From: Planctomycetota bacterium
GTDB lineage: Bacteria > Planctomycetota > PLA2 > JAEUHO01
Direction: 5' to 3'
DNA length: 64,000 nucleotides
Assembly: GCA_965223505.1 (NCBI GenBank)
Contig: CBDCWP010000039.1
Location: 192,001 to 256,000, forward strand
Of the stretch, positions 38,571-48,096 are shown piece by piece. The notes under the pieces are model-generated. The model saw only the letters and a list, made by a program, of their open reading frames with translations, searched no databases and was not told the origin of the DNA. The stretch's first letter is position 1. Every line of letters begins with the position of its first letter. Position numbers and translations under genes: made by a program.

Positions 38571-39968
38571 GAGGGTGTACCGTTCTTTCTGTAAATGGCT
38601 CCCCGGAGGAGAGGCGCTCGCTTCGCTTGAATCAGCTAGCTGATTCAAGCGAAGCGGGCGCGCCGCCATCTCCCGGGGCGAACTGAGTGGCGGATCAACG
38701 CCGTACCTTTGCAGGTAACGACACCACGCAAAGGAGGAACGACGTGACCCACCACGAACAGCGTACGCCTTGGGGCGACGCACTGGAAGCGCTCAGCGAG
38801 AACGGGTTCGACGGCATGGCTGAGGCGATGCGGGTGCTGGTGAACGAGGCCATGAAGGTCGAACGCAGTGCCTTCCTCGGCGCCGAGCCCCACGAACGCA
38901 CGGATCAGCGCCGCGGCTACGCCAACGGCTTCAAGCGCAAGCGCGTCAGAACCCGCTTGGGCGAGATCGACGTCCAGGTGCCCCAGGTTCGCGACGTCGA
39001 GGGCGGCGACACGTTCTACCCCTCCAGCCTCGAACGCGGCCAGCGAAGCGAGAGAGCGCTCACGCTGGCCCTGGCGGAGATGTACGTCCAGGGCGTCTCG
39101 ACGCGGCGTGTCGAGGCGATCACGAAGGTGCTTTGCAACGGCCTGGAGATCAGCTCCACGAGCGTGTCTCGAGCAGCTGCGCTGCTCGACGAGGAGCTCG
39201 AGCGCTGGCGCACACGTCCGCTCGGCGCGTTCAAGTACCTCGTACTCGACGCTCGCTACGAGAAGGTGCGCCACGGCGGATCGGTGCGCGACTGCGCTGT
39301 GCTGATCGCCATCGGCGTCGATTCTCACGGCAAGCGCAGCGTGCTGGGAACGAGCGTGAGCCTCTCGGAGGCCGAGGTCCATTGGCGCGAGTTCCTCGCT
39401 TCTCTCCAGGATCGCGGCCTTCACGGCGTCGAGCTCATCACCAGCGACGGCCACAAGGGCATTGCGGCCGCGCTGGCGGCGCGGTTCGCCGGCGTGGCCT
39501 GGCAGCGCTGCCAGTTCCACCTGCAGCAGAACGCGCAGAGCTACGTTCCGCGCCAGAAGCTTCGACGCGACGTTGCCGCTGACCTTCGCGCCGCGTTCAA
39601 TGCGACGTCGCGTCGCGAGGCCGAAGAGAAGCTCAAGGCCTTCGTGAAGAAGTGGGACAAGCCCGCGCCCGACCTGGCGCGCTGGGCCGAAGAGAACATT
39701 CCGCAGGGCTTCACCGTGTTCGATCTCGGCCTGAACGAAGCGCAGCGCAAGCGCCTTCGCACCACCAACAGCCTCGAGAACCTGAATCAGCAGATCCGCC
39801 GCCGCACTCGCGTCGCCGGATTGTTTCCGAACGAAGCGTCCTTGCTGCGGCTCGCAAGCGCGGTGCTCATCGAGATCAGCGAGGAATGGGAAACCGGACG
39901 GAGGTACTTGCCGAGGGACGACGCTTGATCAACCGCTCAGCGATTTACAGAAAGAACGTTGCTCTGCC
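38571..39968 (+). mobile_element. complete IS256-family element (1398 bp) with 8-bp target duplication CTCGTCGA
   Basis: 26-bp imperfect IRs sharing CGTTCTTTCTGTAAAT; TSD at 38563-38570 and 39969-39976. Confidence 0.93.
38744..39928 (+). CDS. IS256-family transposase
   Basis: AAGGAGG RBS; EMYVQGVSTR, LDARYEKVR, SDGHKG, WQRCQFH, RTTNSLE. Confidence 0.95.
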   Translation: MTHHEQRTPWGDALEALSENGFDGMAEAMRVLVNEAMKVERSAFLGAEPHERTDQRRGYANGFKRKRVRTRLGEIDVQVPQVRDVEGGDTFYPSSLERGQRSERALTLALAEMYVQGVSTRRVEAITKVLCNGLEISSTSVSRAAALLDEELERWRTRPLGAFKYLVLDARYEKVRHGGSVRDCAVLIAIGVDSHGKRSVLGTSVSLSEAEVHWREFLASLQDRGLHGVELITSDGHKGIAAALAARFAGVAWQRCQFHLQQNAQSYVPRQKLRRDVAADLRAAFNATSRREAEEKLKAFVKKWDKPAPDLARWAEENIPQGFTVFDLGLNEAQRKRLRTTNSLENLNQQIRRRTRVAGLFPNEASLLRLASAVLIEISEEWETGRRYLPRDDA

Positions 39969-41015
39969 CTCGTCGAGCCGCTTCCTGGCCTCTCGCAGGT
40001 CAGCCCAGAGCCTCTCGGGGGCGCCCTCTCCGGCAGACCGAATCGCATCGTAGGCGGCGCAGACAGCCCTCTTGGCTTCGAGCACGGCCTGCGTGTCCGG
40101 TGTGCGCTGATCGTCTGGCGAGTACATGATCCCGAACGCGGCGAAGTTCGAGCGTGCCTGCGAGAGGGAGTAGGAACCATTGGGGCCGCCCCAGACCTCA
40201 TCGGCACGGGGGTCGTCTTGCCCATCGTCTTCCCAATCGCACAGAGGGCAGATTTCGTAGCCACCGCGCTCTGAAAGGGTCGGGTAGCCACAACAGGGGC
40301 AGGAGTACGTCACGCCTGGCTCCTCCGGCTTCATGACTCCTTCGTCGATACGCTGGCAGTACTGCGAGAACCAGTCAGTGCGGTCGGACATGATGACGAA
40401 GTTGTCGCCTTGGATGGTCCCCGGCTCCTCCCCTGATCCCTCGACCCTGCGAAAGTACGGCTTCGGATGCAGGGAAGTCGATCCCATGTTGTTGACCACG
40501 ATGTACATCCCAAGTCGCTCGCCGAGGATGACGTAGGTCTCTCCTACGGTCAGCAGTACGGAGTCTCGCTCGCCGGGCTCAGCCGCCACGAGGACACCAT
40601 TGCGATCAGCCATGAGCGCCTGGTCGCTTGTGCAGACAGCAGCGAAGGGATAGTCGCCACGATTGACGCGACGTTCTCCCGCCGATTCCCACCGCTTCCA
40701 GTACGTGAGGGCCTCGCCCTTGAGGTGAGCATGGAGGGGGTGGTCTGGCGCCGCGAGGTTCTCCAAGAAGCACGTGCAGGCTGCGTTGCTCAAGCGCTCG
40801 TCTTCACCGCCGACGATACGATTCAGAATCGGCCCCAGCGAACTCCAGGCGTCTTCGGCGACCTCGTGATCTCGCAAGAAGTGTGAGCAGGCGGCGAACA
40901 CACCATGGACGGAGGTCTTGTCGAAGAGGTTCTCGGGCGACTGGACGTATTCTCGGAAGCCGGGCAGGACTCCATCAAGCACGTTGACCAGGCTCTCGGC
41001 GGTCTTCGAGTTCAT
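39969..41015 (-). CDS. three-module fusion: helical CFLENL module + small beta module + CPCC cysteine-rich domain; last codons displaced by IS256
   Basis: SVHGVFAACSHF..ACTCFLENL; CPCCGY..EICPLCDWEDDG..GGPNG.YSL; native end EERRREPLP* at 38536-38570. Confidence 0.75.
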
Positions 41016-41254
41016 CAGGAGTGACCATCGGGGCGTCGTTCGTCACGTCGGGGCTCCACCCGGAAGCGTGCATGCGTACAGCCCGCTTCACATGTGACGT
41101 AGATCGCCCCGGCCTCGGGCAAGCGCTCAACGGTGACGGGGTCGCCGCACCAAGGACACGATACTGCACCGGCTTCAGTGCGATCCGCCTCCAGAGCCGC
41201 ATCAACCACCGACCTCAGGCGGCGTTGCCGGTCATCAGGACGGTCGGTGCTCAT
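41015..41254 (-). CDS. small zinc-ribbon protein
   Basis: CPWC..CEAGC; TGATG coupling. Confidence 0.6.
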   Translation of the reverse strand: MSTDRPDDRQRRLRSVVDAALEADRTEAGAVSCPWCGDPVTVERLPEAGAIYVTCEAGCTHARFRVEPRRDERRPDGHS

Positions 41255-41270
41255 GCTCTCCAGACTCAAC

Positions 41271-42416
41271 TCAGAAGTGTGACAGCCCGCCCAGCAACTC
41301 CATCCGGACGGGCTCGAACTCTGGCACGCCGAAGAGCCCGGGAAACCCCGCACATTCCAGGATGGTCGTTCTCAAGTACTCGATCAGAGTCGGCGCTCCC
41401 TTGGGAGCCGACATCGGCACGGCGGCTCCAGCCCATCGAAACTCCCGCCAGATCGGGTCCCAGTCTGCCCCGGGCCAGACACCATAGGCAGGGCCGCCGC
41501 TGATGTTGTCCTTGTGGTACCCGTCCGGTGAGAGGGACATCACAAAGCCGCCGTGGCCTTCGGGGATTCCCGTCGGCTCGGGGTTCTCTGCCATCCAGTC
41601 GCGATGCTCTCGGAAGTCCTCACGGACCATGTCGATCCACTCCTCCGAGATGCCGTCAATGTGCAGCGCGTCAGAGAACCCGTTCGGCCCCTCGATGCGA
41701 CGGTCTTCCCAGAACCTGCAATGCGTGTAGCCGTCCCCGTTCCCAGAGAACTCGACGAACGAGATACTCCCGACGATCCGCCAGAAGGCTGCGAGTGCGG
41801 GAGGAACCAACGCCGTCTCTGGCTCGATGAACTCCCGGATCGCGTCCTCCAGCGAGGCGATGAGAGCATCCACGTCCTGAGGTGGATCGATGACGACCGC
41901 TCTGGGATAGCCTAGGTCTGTGAGACGCCGAGCGAGTTCGATTGCCGTGGTGCGGCACCGCTTGAACAGATCCGGGGCGTTCTTCAAGGCATGTTCGGCG
42001 AGCGCGCCCCCCGCGAGAAGGTCCTCACGGAACCGTACCGAAGACTCGCGGATGTGCTCGGGGTTGGGGTGATTGCCCGAGTGCCAGTAACCGTCCTCCG
42101 CGAGGCGCTCAACGATCTCCCGGGCTCCTCTGGCGTACCAGCGGTAGTCAGGCGAGTCGTTGGCGACGTACCGGATGGCCTCGCAGCCGTACATCGTACC
42201 GAGCCGCCCGTTGGCCTCGTGGATCGCCTCAACGATGACTGACTTCAACCTGCCGATGTCGAAGGTGCCGTGATCGCAGCCTCCGATCGGATCAAGACGT
42301 ACAACCTCGGGGTCTGCCTCGGGCGTGTCGTTGATACGGAGACTGACCAAGGCGTGTCCAGGTCCCCAGATGTAGGCGACTTGGTACCAGCCGTCGAGAA
42401 GGGAGAACGAGGGCAT
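41271..42416 (-). CDS. hypothetical two-module protein (C-terminal part possibly SMI1/KNR4-like)
   Basis: VPPALAAFWRIVG, LSPDGYHKDNISGG, EYLR..GFPG motifs. Confidence 0.55.
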   Translation of the reverse strand: MPSFSLLDGWYQVAYIWGPGHALVSLRINDTPEADPEVVRLDPIGGCDHGTFDIGRLKSVIVEAIHEANGRLGTMYGCEAIRYVANDSPDYRWYARGAREIVERLAEDGYWHSGNHPNPEHIRESSVRFREDLLAGGALAEHALKNAPDLFKRCRTTAIELARRLTDLGYPRAVVIDPPQDVDALIASLEDAIREFIEPETALVPPALAAFWRIVGSISFVEFSGNGDGYTHCRFWEDRRIEGPNGFSDALHIDGISEEWIDMVREDFREHRDWMAENPEPTGIPEGHGGFVMSLSPDGYHKDNISGGPAYGVWPGADWDPIWREFRWAGAAVPMSAPKGAPTLIEYLRTTILECAGFPGLFGVPEFEPVRMELLGGLSHF

Positions 42417-42419
42417 CCG

Positions 42420-43049
42420 TCAGCCCCTCCGCTTTCGATCTTGCGCTTGACGCCCGTCCGGATGAGTCCAGAACTCACGACAAGACGGAGGCCAGTCCGG
42501 GTCTTCCCGATCGTGGATGGCGCACACCGGGCAGCCTTCCATGACCTGCCGCACTAGGGCAACTTCATCGGGGCTCGTAGGCTGCTTGTATACGATGGCA
42601 GTCAGAGTGGCCGCCTGAAGGGCAAAGAAAGCGGGCGCATCGTCAACACAGCACTCGTGCGTCAGGCACGCTTCCGGGTCTACGTAGAATCGACCCTCGG
42701 CAGCGGGCGCCATCGTGACCTTTGGATCTGCTTGCGACCGCCAGAAGTCCAAAGCACTTCCTCGAAGGTGGACCAGTATCGGATGGCCCGGCTGAGCCAG
42801 GTTCTCCAAGAAGCAGGTGCAGGCTGCTTCGTCCAACTCCCCGTCCTGTCCTCCAATCATCTCATTCAGCACTTCCGCGAGCGCCTTCCACCCCTCAGGC
42901 TGTACCTCCTTCTCCCGGACGAAGTGAGAGCAAGCGGCAAACACCCCGTGGACCGAGTCCGAGTCGAACGGGTTGTCGGTCGAGCGGACGTACGCCTGGA
43001 AGCCCTGCAGCACGGCATCGAGACGGGCGGTGAGGTCATCGGGTGTCAT
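42420..43049 (-). CDS. fusion of helical CFLENL module and single-cluster ferredoxin
   Basis: paralogous N-terminus to 41015 gene; FYVDPEACLTHECC..AP..YKQP..CPVCAI. Confidence 0.7.
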   Translation of the reverse strand: MTPDDLTARLDAVLQGFQAYVRSTDNPFDSDSVHGVFAACSHFVREKEVQPEGWKALAEVLNEMIGGQDGELDEAACTCFLENLAQPGHPILVHLRGSALDFWRSQADPKVTMAPAAEGRFYVDPEACLTHECCVDDAPAFFALQAATLTAIVYKQPTSPDEVALVRQVMEGCPVCAIHDREDPDWPPSCREFWTHPDGRQAQDRKRRG

Positions 43050-43227
43050 GATCGAGTTCGACGCCAGCCTATCCGGACCGCCTGCGCCCCGCCCGGCGAC
43101 CCGAAGTAGGCGGGGGCTGGCGGGTGCGCTCGTATCTATCGACTTCCCTACCCCTCCGATCCATGATCTGGAACATGCTCTGCGAGGGCCCAGGACCGCA
43201 CCGCCAGAGCACACGGAGACAGGGACG

Positions 43228-43443
43228 GTGACCAACGATGTGAAACGGGCCATCTTGCAGGTGCTGCGCGAGAGCGGGCCAATCGGCTGGTACGGCATCG
43301 AACTTAGGCTGCGGGTTCCACGGTCTGCGTTCGGTGACGGATACACCCTGATGACCTACGTTGAGGAGTTGATCGCGGCCGGATCTGTCGCGCGCGTCAC
43401 CGTCGATGGCGAGGAGCGCTTCGTGGCCGCCGACCAACGCTAG
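43228..43443 (+). CDS. small winged-helix-like protein
   Basis: ILQVLRESGPIGW..VEELIAAGSV pattern. Confidence 0.5.
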   Translation: MTNDVKRAILQVLRESGPIGWYGIELRLRVPRSAFGDGYTLMTYVEELIAAGSVARVTVDGEERFVAADQR

Positions 43444-43565
43444 TCTGCTGCGGGGTCCGGAGCCGCGAAAGGTCCTTTCACGCTCCAAACTGCGAGGCGC
43501 CAATCTGCAACAAGATTTCCCGGCTCGGTACGCCGTGAGGTGGCGACGGCACGGGCACGGATAGG

Positions 43566-43934
43566 TCACTCTGGCTGTCCCTCCGCCATGAGGGTCTCTA
43601 CGGATTCTCTGACACGCGGCGGCTCGATGTCATAGCCGCGCGCTCGGGCGCCGCTCCAATTGACCCCGACCTTCATGCCATCTTCGTTTAGCCCCGGCAC
43701 CCTCCGATCGCAGAACTCCTGCCACGAAACCTCATACGGCTGGAAGCCTGAATAGGCGGGGACCGTGTCGATGATGCTCTCCACGCGCGAGCGTGAAGAC
43801 CAGAAGGGCTGGGCGCGCGTGCCGTCAGAGGTCCGAGGCGCCGGGAATCCACGCTCGTCCTTCAAGGTCCACAGCACCCGTGTGCGAGCGACTTCGCGGT
43901 AGAACGCCCATGCCTGAGAACCTGCTTGGCTCAT
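43566..43934 (-). CDS. DUF2750-like protein
   Basis: FYREVA..LWTL, PFWSS, L.EDG..VGVNW. Confidence 0.7.
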   Translation of the reverse strand: MSQAGSQAWAFYREVARTRVLWTLKDERGFPAPRTSDGTRAQPFWSSRSRVESIIDTVPAYSGFQPYEVSWQEFCDRRVPGLNEDGMKVGVNWSGARARGYDIEPPRVRESVETLMAEGQPE

Positions 43935-44227
43935 GGCCCACTCGACCCCGGCTCAGTTGCGTGCAGGTACTTGCCATCGACTTCGCCGCCCTTGTACGGG
44001 CCGTCACCGGACCCGTCATCGGTGGGCTCGTCAAACCACACCCAGTAGGTGAGGCTCACCCCCTTGGGCGTGACGAGTGTCCGAGGCTGGCCCTCCTCCC
44101 ACTGTTCACCGGTGAGATTCCTGACCTCCTTGGGCCAATTGGCGACCGTGCCAGTAGTGCCGTCGGGCCACTCGGCGTGCCCGTGGATCGAGACCTTGGT
44201 TCCCGGGGGATGGACGTGATTGCTCAT
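43931..44227 (-). CDS. hypothetical SH3-like small protein
   Basis: ATGA/GTGA coupling both sides; YWVWFDEP.DDGSGDGPY. Confidence 0.6.
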   Translation of the reverse strand: MSNHVHPPGTKVSIHGHAEWPDGTTGTVANWPKEVRNLTGEQWEEGQPRTLVTPKGVSLTYWVWFDEPTDDGSGDGPYKGGEVDGKYLHATEPGSSGP

Positions 44228-44508
44228 GCGAACCCGCCGTAGTCCGGCCTCGACCAAGCCGATGACCCGTACTGTTCGCAAGGTCGAAGCCGGTTCTTGA
44301 CCATCGCTGCCCAACGGGGAGCCTCCCAGAGCACCCAGGAGATCAGGAACCAGAGCGGTACGGCGGCGAGCCAGGGCCACACGGATTCCGGACCGACCAG
44401 CGCAACGGCGGTGCCGGTCATGGCTGCGGCTGCCCCGAACAGGACGAGCGGCATCGGCGTGGAGGACACTCCCCTGACAGCACCGCACTCCCGGCATCGA
44501 GACTGCAT
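44224..44508 (-). CDS. small membrane protein with Cys motifs
   Basis: CREC, two TM helices. Confidence 0.5.
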   Translation of the reverse strand: MQSRCRECGAVRGVSSTPMPLVLFGAAAAMTGTAVALVGPESVWPWLAAVPLWFLISWVLWEAPRWAAMVKNRLRPCEQYGSSAWSRPDYGGFA

Positions 44509-44588
44509 GCATCCAGGGTACCCAGGCTGGCCTCCACGTGCGCCGTCGCGGCTCGTATCAACCGAAGCGCCATGCCATGCTTGGGGCC

Positions 44589-44789
44589 ATGAAGATCCAC
44601 CGTCACGCTCCCAATGTGTATGTCATCTCGTCGTCCGAGCCCCAGGAGGTGAAGCAGTTCTTCGAGTCGCTCGGGCTCGTGTTTCAGGCTGAGAAGCATG
44701 GTGATGGACCTGAACATGTCGCGTGCGAGCGCAACGGTGTAGTCCTCGAAATCTACCCACTCGCCGCGCCGGAGAAGTCGCCGGAGTAG
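44589..44789 (+). CDS. short VOC/glyoxalase-like protein
   Basis: FFESLGLVF..EKHGDGPEH..VLEIYP. Confidence 0.65.
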   Translation: MKIHRHAPNVYVISSSEPQEVKQFFESLGLVFQAEKHGDGPEHVACERNGVVLEIYPLAAPEKSPE

Positions 44790-44790
44790 T

Positions 44791-45390
44791 CTACGGCCAC
44801 TCGACGAGTCGCTCGGACGGGCCCTCAAGTTCGAGCCACAACCCAGGATGTGACTCGCCTGGATCACACCGGACGACACAATCGAGTTCCGCCGCAGCCG
44901 AACGAGCACAGTCTGCGTCCGTGTCCCACGGACGATGCACCGTGTTGAACCAAACGCTCAGCCAGGGACCATCTTCGATCTTGGGTGTGAGGATGATTGC
45001 GCCTGTTGAAGGGTAGAGCGCGACCGCTCCGTCGATGTCCTTGGGGCCATCGAGGGCTCCGGTGGCGGAGGACTTCACCCACTTGATGGCTCGTTCGATC
45101 GCGCAGTTACGCAGGTAGACCTCAACGTCATCCTGCCGTGCGGGATGCTCTGTCGTCTCGGCCCTGGGAGACTCCTGCTCTGGGGGCAAGACCTCCAAGT
45201 CAGCCCTCTGCACGATCTGCTCAACGTAGAGACCGTGCTCGGATCCGTCAGGCTTGTGAAACTCGACCTCGACGTGCTGCGGGTCATCGTCGAAAAGGTC
45301 CAGCACCCGTCCCACAGCGCCACGACGCAATCCCGCCTCAGGCATGTCCACACGCAGTCGCACAGGCTGGAAGAGTTGCACGATTGCCAT
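44791..45390 (-). CDS. DUF4926-like module fused to a second small module
   Basis: VRLRVDMPEAGLRRGAVG.V..EVEF; second part RQDDVEVYL..SVWF..PWDTD..CAR. Confidence 0.65.
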   Translation of the reverse strand: MAIVQLFQPVRLRVDMPEAGLRRGAVGRVLDLFDDDPQHVEVEFHKPDGSEHGLYVEQIVQRADLEVLPPEQESPRAETTEHPARQDDVEVYLRNCAIERAIKWVKSSATGALDGPKDIDGAVALYPSTGAIILTPKIEDGPWLSVWFNTVHRPWDTDADCARSAAAELDCVVRCDPGESHPGLWLELEGPSERLVEWP

Positions 45391-45601
45391 CTTCGGAGAA
45401 GCGGCCAGCGCCCGCCAGCGCGAAGGGGCTCGGAGCAACCTCCGTGAATCGTCGGCATCGATCGCGTGGCCGCGTCCATGTACCTACCACGCTTCCTATC
45501 CAGAACGGTGCCCGCCGGATGCACACGGCTGCCGCTCGTTTCCGGTCCGGCCCGTGGGCGCTCGGAGACCCGATCTCCCCGAAACGGCCCGCAGACATGG
45601 A

Positions 45602-45635
45602 GAGAGCCCGGAAGAACGGTGTCTCCCGGGCTCTC
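45602..45635 (-). terminator. hairpin immediately downstream of the displaced tRNA 3' end
   Basis: GAGAGCCCGGAAGA / TCTCCCGGGCTCTC inverted repeat, one mismatch. Confidence 0.55.
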
Positions 45636-45638
45636 AAG

Positions 45639-45681
<43 letters not shown>

Positions 45682-45932
45682 CTCCACGGTCTGATCCCTA
45701 CGCGCCTGTCTCGCTAGACAGTGGATGCTATCACCCTCCGATTGGGCACCACCACCACCTCCCGCCGCCGCGCCCTCCAACGAGGACAACGGTGAATTGG
45801 AGAGGGTAGGCCGAGCCCCAGACAACGAACCCGGCGCTAGTTCCTGAGGCTTCGAGCCGCTGTCCGGCCTGCCGCCTAGACTCCGCTACCGCGCCCACCC
45901 TTCCCGGTGCTCGCGCCACCTGGAGGGCCAAA

Positions 45933-46748
45933 GTGGCGCCTACACAGTTCCCGACCGCCGAGCTTCAGGGGATCGCCAATGCGATGCAGGAGTTCGAGGC
46001 TGGCGCTTCCGTTGCAAACACCGGCACGGGCAGCCGCCGCGAGGGGAACCAGTTTGAGAAACTCGTCGGTGAGCTTTGGACCGAAGCGGCCACCTACCTC
46101 ATCGCCAAGGGCGCCACGCCAACCAACGTCACGGGGCCGAAGGGCCACCGCTGGACGAAGCTGGAGTACGAGAGCAGGACGCTCTACCTCCCATCAGTCG
46201 ATGCGATCCCAATGGTCTCCAACCTGACGGAAGAGCGCTGGCTGGGCCTCACCTATATGGTCAGCGATCTCATCGCAGCCTTCCCGGGGGAGGCCGAGGC
46301 CATCGAGCGATACGGTCCCGACATAGGCCCCTTCCAAGGCGAGGACTACCCCAAGATGTACGGCAAACGGTCAACGAGGTTTGACGACGCCATCGTCTTG
46401 GAAGATGACGGAGTGCTCAAGGAGAAGATCCTCCTTGAATACAAGACGGCCAAGAGCACAAGCAAGCGAGCCATCGACGGCAACGCGCACGAACGCCTCT
46501 CATTCCAGGTCCTTCAATACCTCGAAATCGCTACGCGCTACACTTGCTGCACGATGGCGGTGCTCGCCAATGCAGCCTTCGTCAAGTACCTCAACAAGTA
46601 CCACGTCAGCTTCCACGTCCAGGCAGATCGGCTAGCCAACTTCAAGTGGTTCACGATGCAGCATGCCTGCACCGCGTTGGAATACGCGGGATTCGTCAAC
46701 GGCCTCTTTGACTGGTTGCTCACGGGACGCGAAAGGGAGACCAAGTAG
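45933..46748 (+). CDS. putative type II restriction endonuclease (EcoRI/MunI-like)
   Basis: FDD..LLEYKT PD-(D/E)XK core, GNAHER motif, 1 nt from MTase. Confidence 0.7.
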   Translation: MAPTQFPTAELQGIANAMQEFEAGASVANTGTGSRREGNQFEKLVGELWTEAATYLIAKGATPTNVTGPKGHRWTKLEYESRTLYLPSVDAIPMVSNLTEERWLGLTYMVSDLIAAFPGEAEAIERYGPDIGPFQGEDYPKMYGKRSTRFDDAIVLEDDGVLKEKILLEYKTAKSTSKRAIDGNAHERLSFQVLQYLEIATRYTCCTMAVLANAAFVKYLNKYHVSFHVQADRLANFKWFTMQHACTALEYAGFVNGLFDWLLTGRERETK

Positions 46749-46749
46749 A

Positions 46750-47928
46750 GTGCCCGTCAAGTACATCGGTTCCAAGCGCAAGCTCATCCCCGTCATCCTT
46801 CAAACAATCCGCGAGCTAGGTAGAGACTGCACGGTCCTCGATCTCTTCTCCGGCACGGCGCGCGTCGGCCACGCCCTCAAACGCGAGGGCTACCGCGTCA
46901 TCTCCAACGACTATCTTGCCAGCGGGAAGACCATTGCCGAGTGCTACGTCCAGGCGGATGCGGAAGACTGGCTGCGCCAAGCGGAGATGCTCGTCAACGA
47001 GTTCAACGCCATCAAGGGGGAGCCGGGCTACTTCACCGACACCTTCTGCGTGCAGAGCCGCTACTTCCAGCCCAAGAACGGTGAGCGCGTCGATGCCATC
47101 CGCGAAGAGATTGAGCGCAAGGACTTGGAGCCCGAGCTGAAGGCCATCATGCTCGTTTCACTCATGGAGGCGGCCGACCGCATCGACTCCACCACGGGCG
47201 TCCAGATGGCGTACCTCAAGAAGTGGGCCGCCCGCGCCCACAACGATCTGGAACTCCGAGTGCCGGACATCCTCCCGCGCGCCCGAGGCGGCAAAGGCGA
47301 GGCGCACCAGACTGACGCCCACACTGGCGCCGGGAACTTTGAAGCCGACATTGCGTATCTCGATCCGCCGTACAACCAGCACAGCTATCTGGGCAACTAC
47401 CACATCTGGGAGTCGCTCGTCATGTGGGACAAGCCAGAGTTCTACGGCATCGCCTGCAAGCGGATGGACTGCCGGGAGCGAAAGAGCGCGTTCAACTTCA
47501 AGCGGAAGTTCTACGAGGCATGGAGCAGGGTTGTCCGCGAGGTGAAGGCGAAGCACCTTGTTATCTCGTTCAACAACGAGGGCTACATCAAGCGCGAAGC
47601 GATGGAGAGGCTCCTCTCCCGTCGCGGCGAAGTCTTGGTCATCGAGAACGACTACAAGCGCTACGTCGGTGCGCAAATCGGCATCCACAACCTCAAGGGC
47701 GAGCGCGTTGGCGAGGTGAGCCACCTTCGCAACAAGGAGTACATCTACGTCGTCAGCCCCGAGCGCGCCATCAGGGAGACGGAAGCGCAGACTAACGGGA
47801 CGCCCGTGCCGGACGCGACCCCTGAGCCCGACCCGAAGCCGAAACCCTCCCGCGTCTGCGAACACCTGCCCGAGCGCAAGCCCACCGGGCTCCCGGTCAA
47901 AGGGAAGCAGCTAGACCTGTTTTCGTAG
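46750..47928 (+). CDS. N6-adenine DNA methyltransferase (D12/alpha class)
   Basis: KYIGSKRKL, LDLFSGT, YLDPPY. Confidence 0.9.
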   Translation: MPVKYIGSKRKLIPVILQTIRELGRDCTVLDLFSGTARVGHALKREGYRVISNDYLASGKTIAECYVQADAEDWLRQAEMLVNEFNAIKGEPGYFTDTFCVQSRYFQPKNGERVDAIREEIERKDLEPELKAIMLVSLMEAADRIDSTTGVQMAYLKKWAARAHNDLELRVPDILPRARGGKGEAHQTDAHTGAGNFEADIAYLDPPYNQHSYLGNYHIWESLVMWDKPEFYGIACKRMDCRERKSAFNFKRKFYEAWSRVVREVKAKHLVISFNNEGYIKREAMERLLSRRGEVLVIENDYKRYVGAQIGIHNLKGERVGEVSHLRNKEYIYVVSPERAIRETEAQTNGTPVPDATPEPDPKPKPSRVCEHLPERKPTGLPVKGKQLDLFS

Positions 47929-48096
47929 CAGGCTCGCCATTCCGCCCGAAGAGGTCGAAGACGCATCGGAAGTGCAAGTGCTCAGCGCGGGTCTGGGCCA
48001 TGCTGTTTCCCCGCGCAACCTGGATAGGTGCAAGCGAGGCATCATATACCAGCGAGCAGAGTGGCCCGTGGGGCCAAGCGATTGCAAGGCATTGGC

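Noticed and set aside
35235..39968. Composite transposon formed by the two IS256 copies
   Set aside because: The right copy has its own target duplication and the left copy lacks its left IR, indicating independent insertions
36295..45390. Classical integron
   Set aside because: No recognisable attC repeats, mixed gene orientation, and neither integrase shows the IntI-specific insertion
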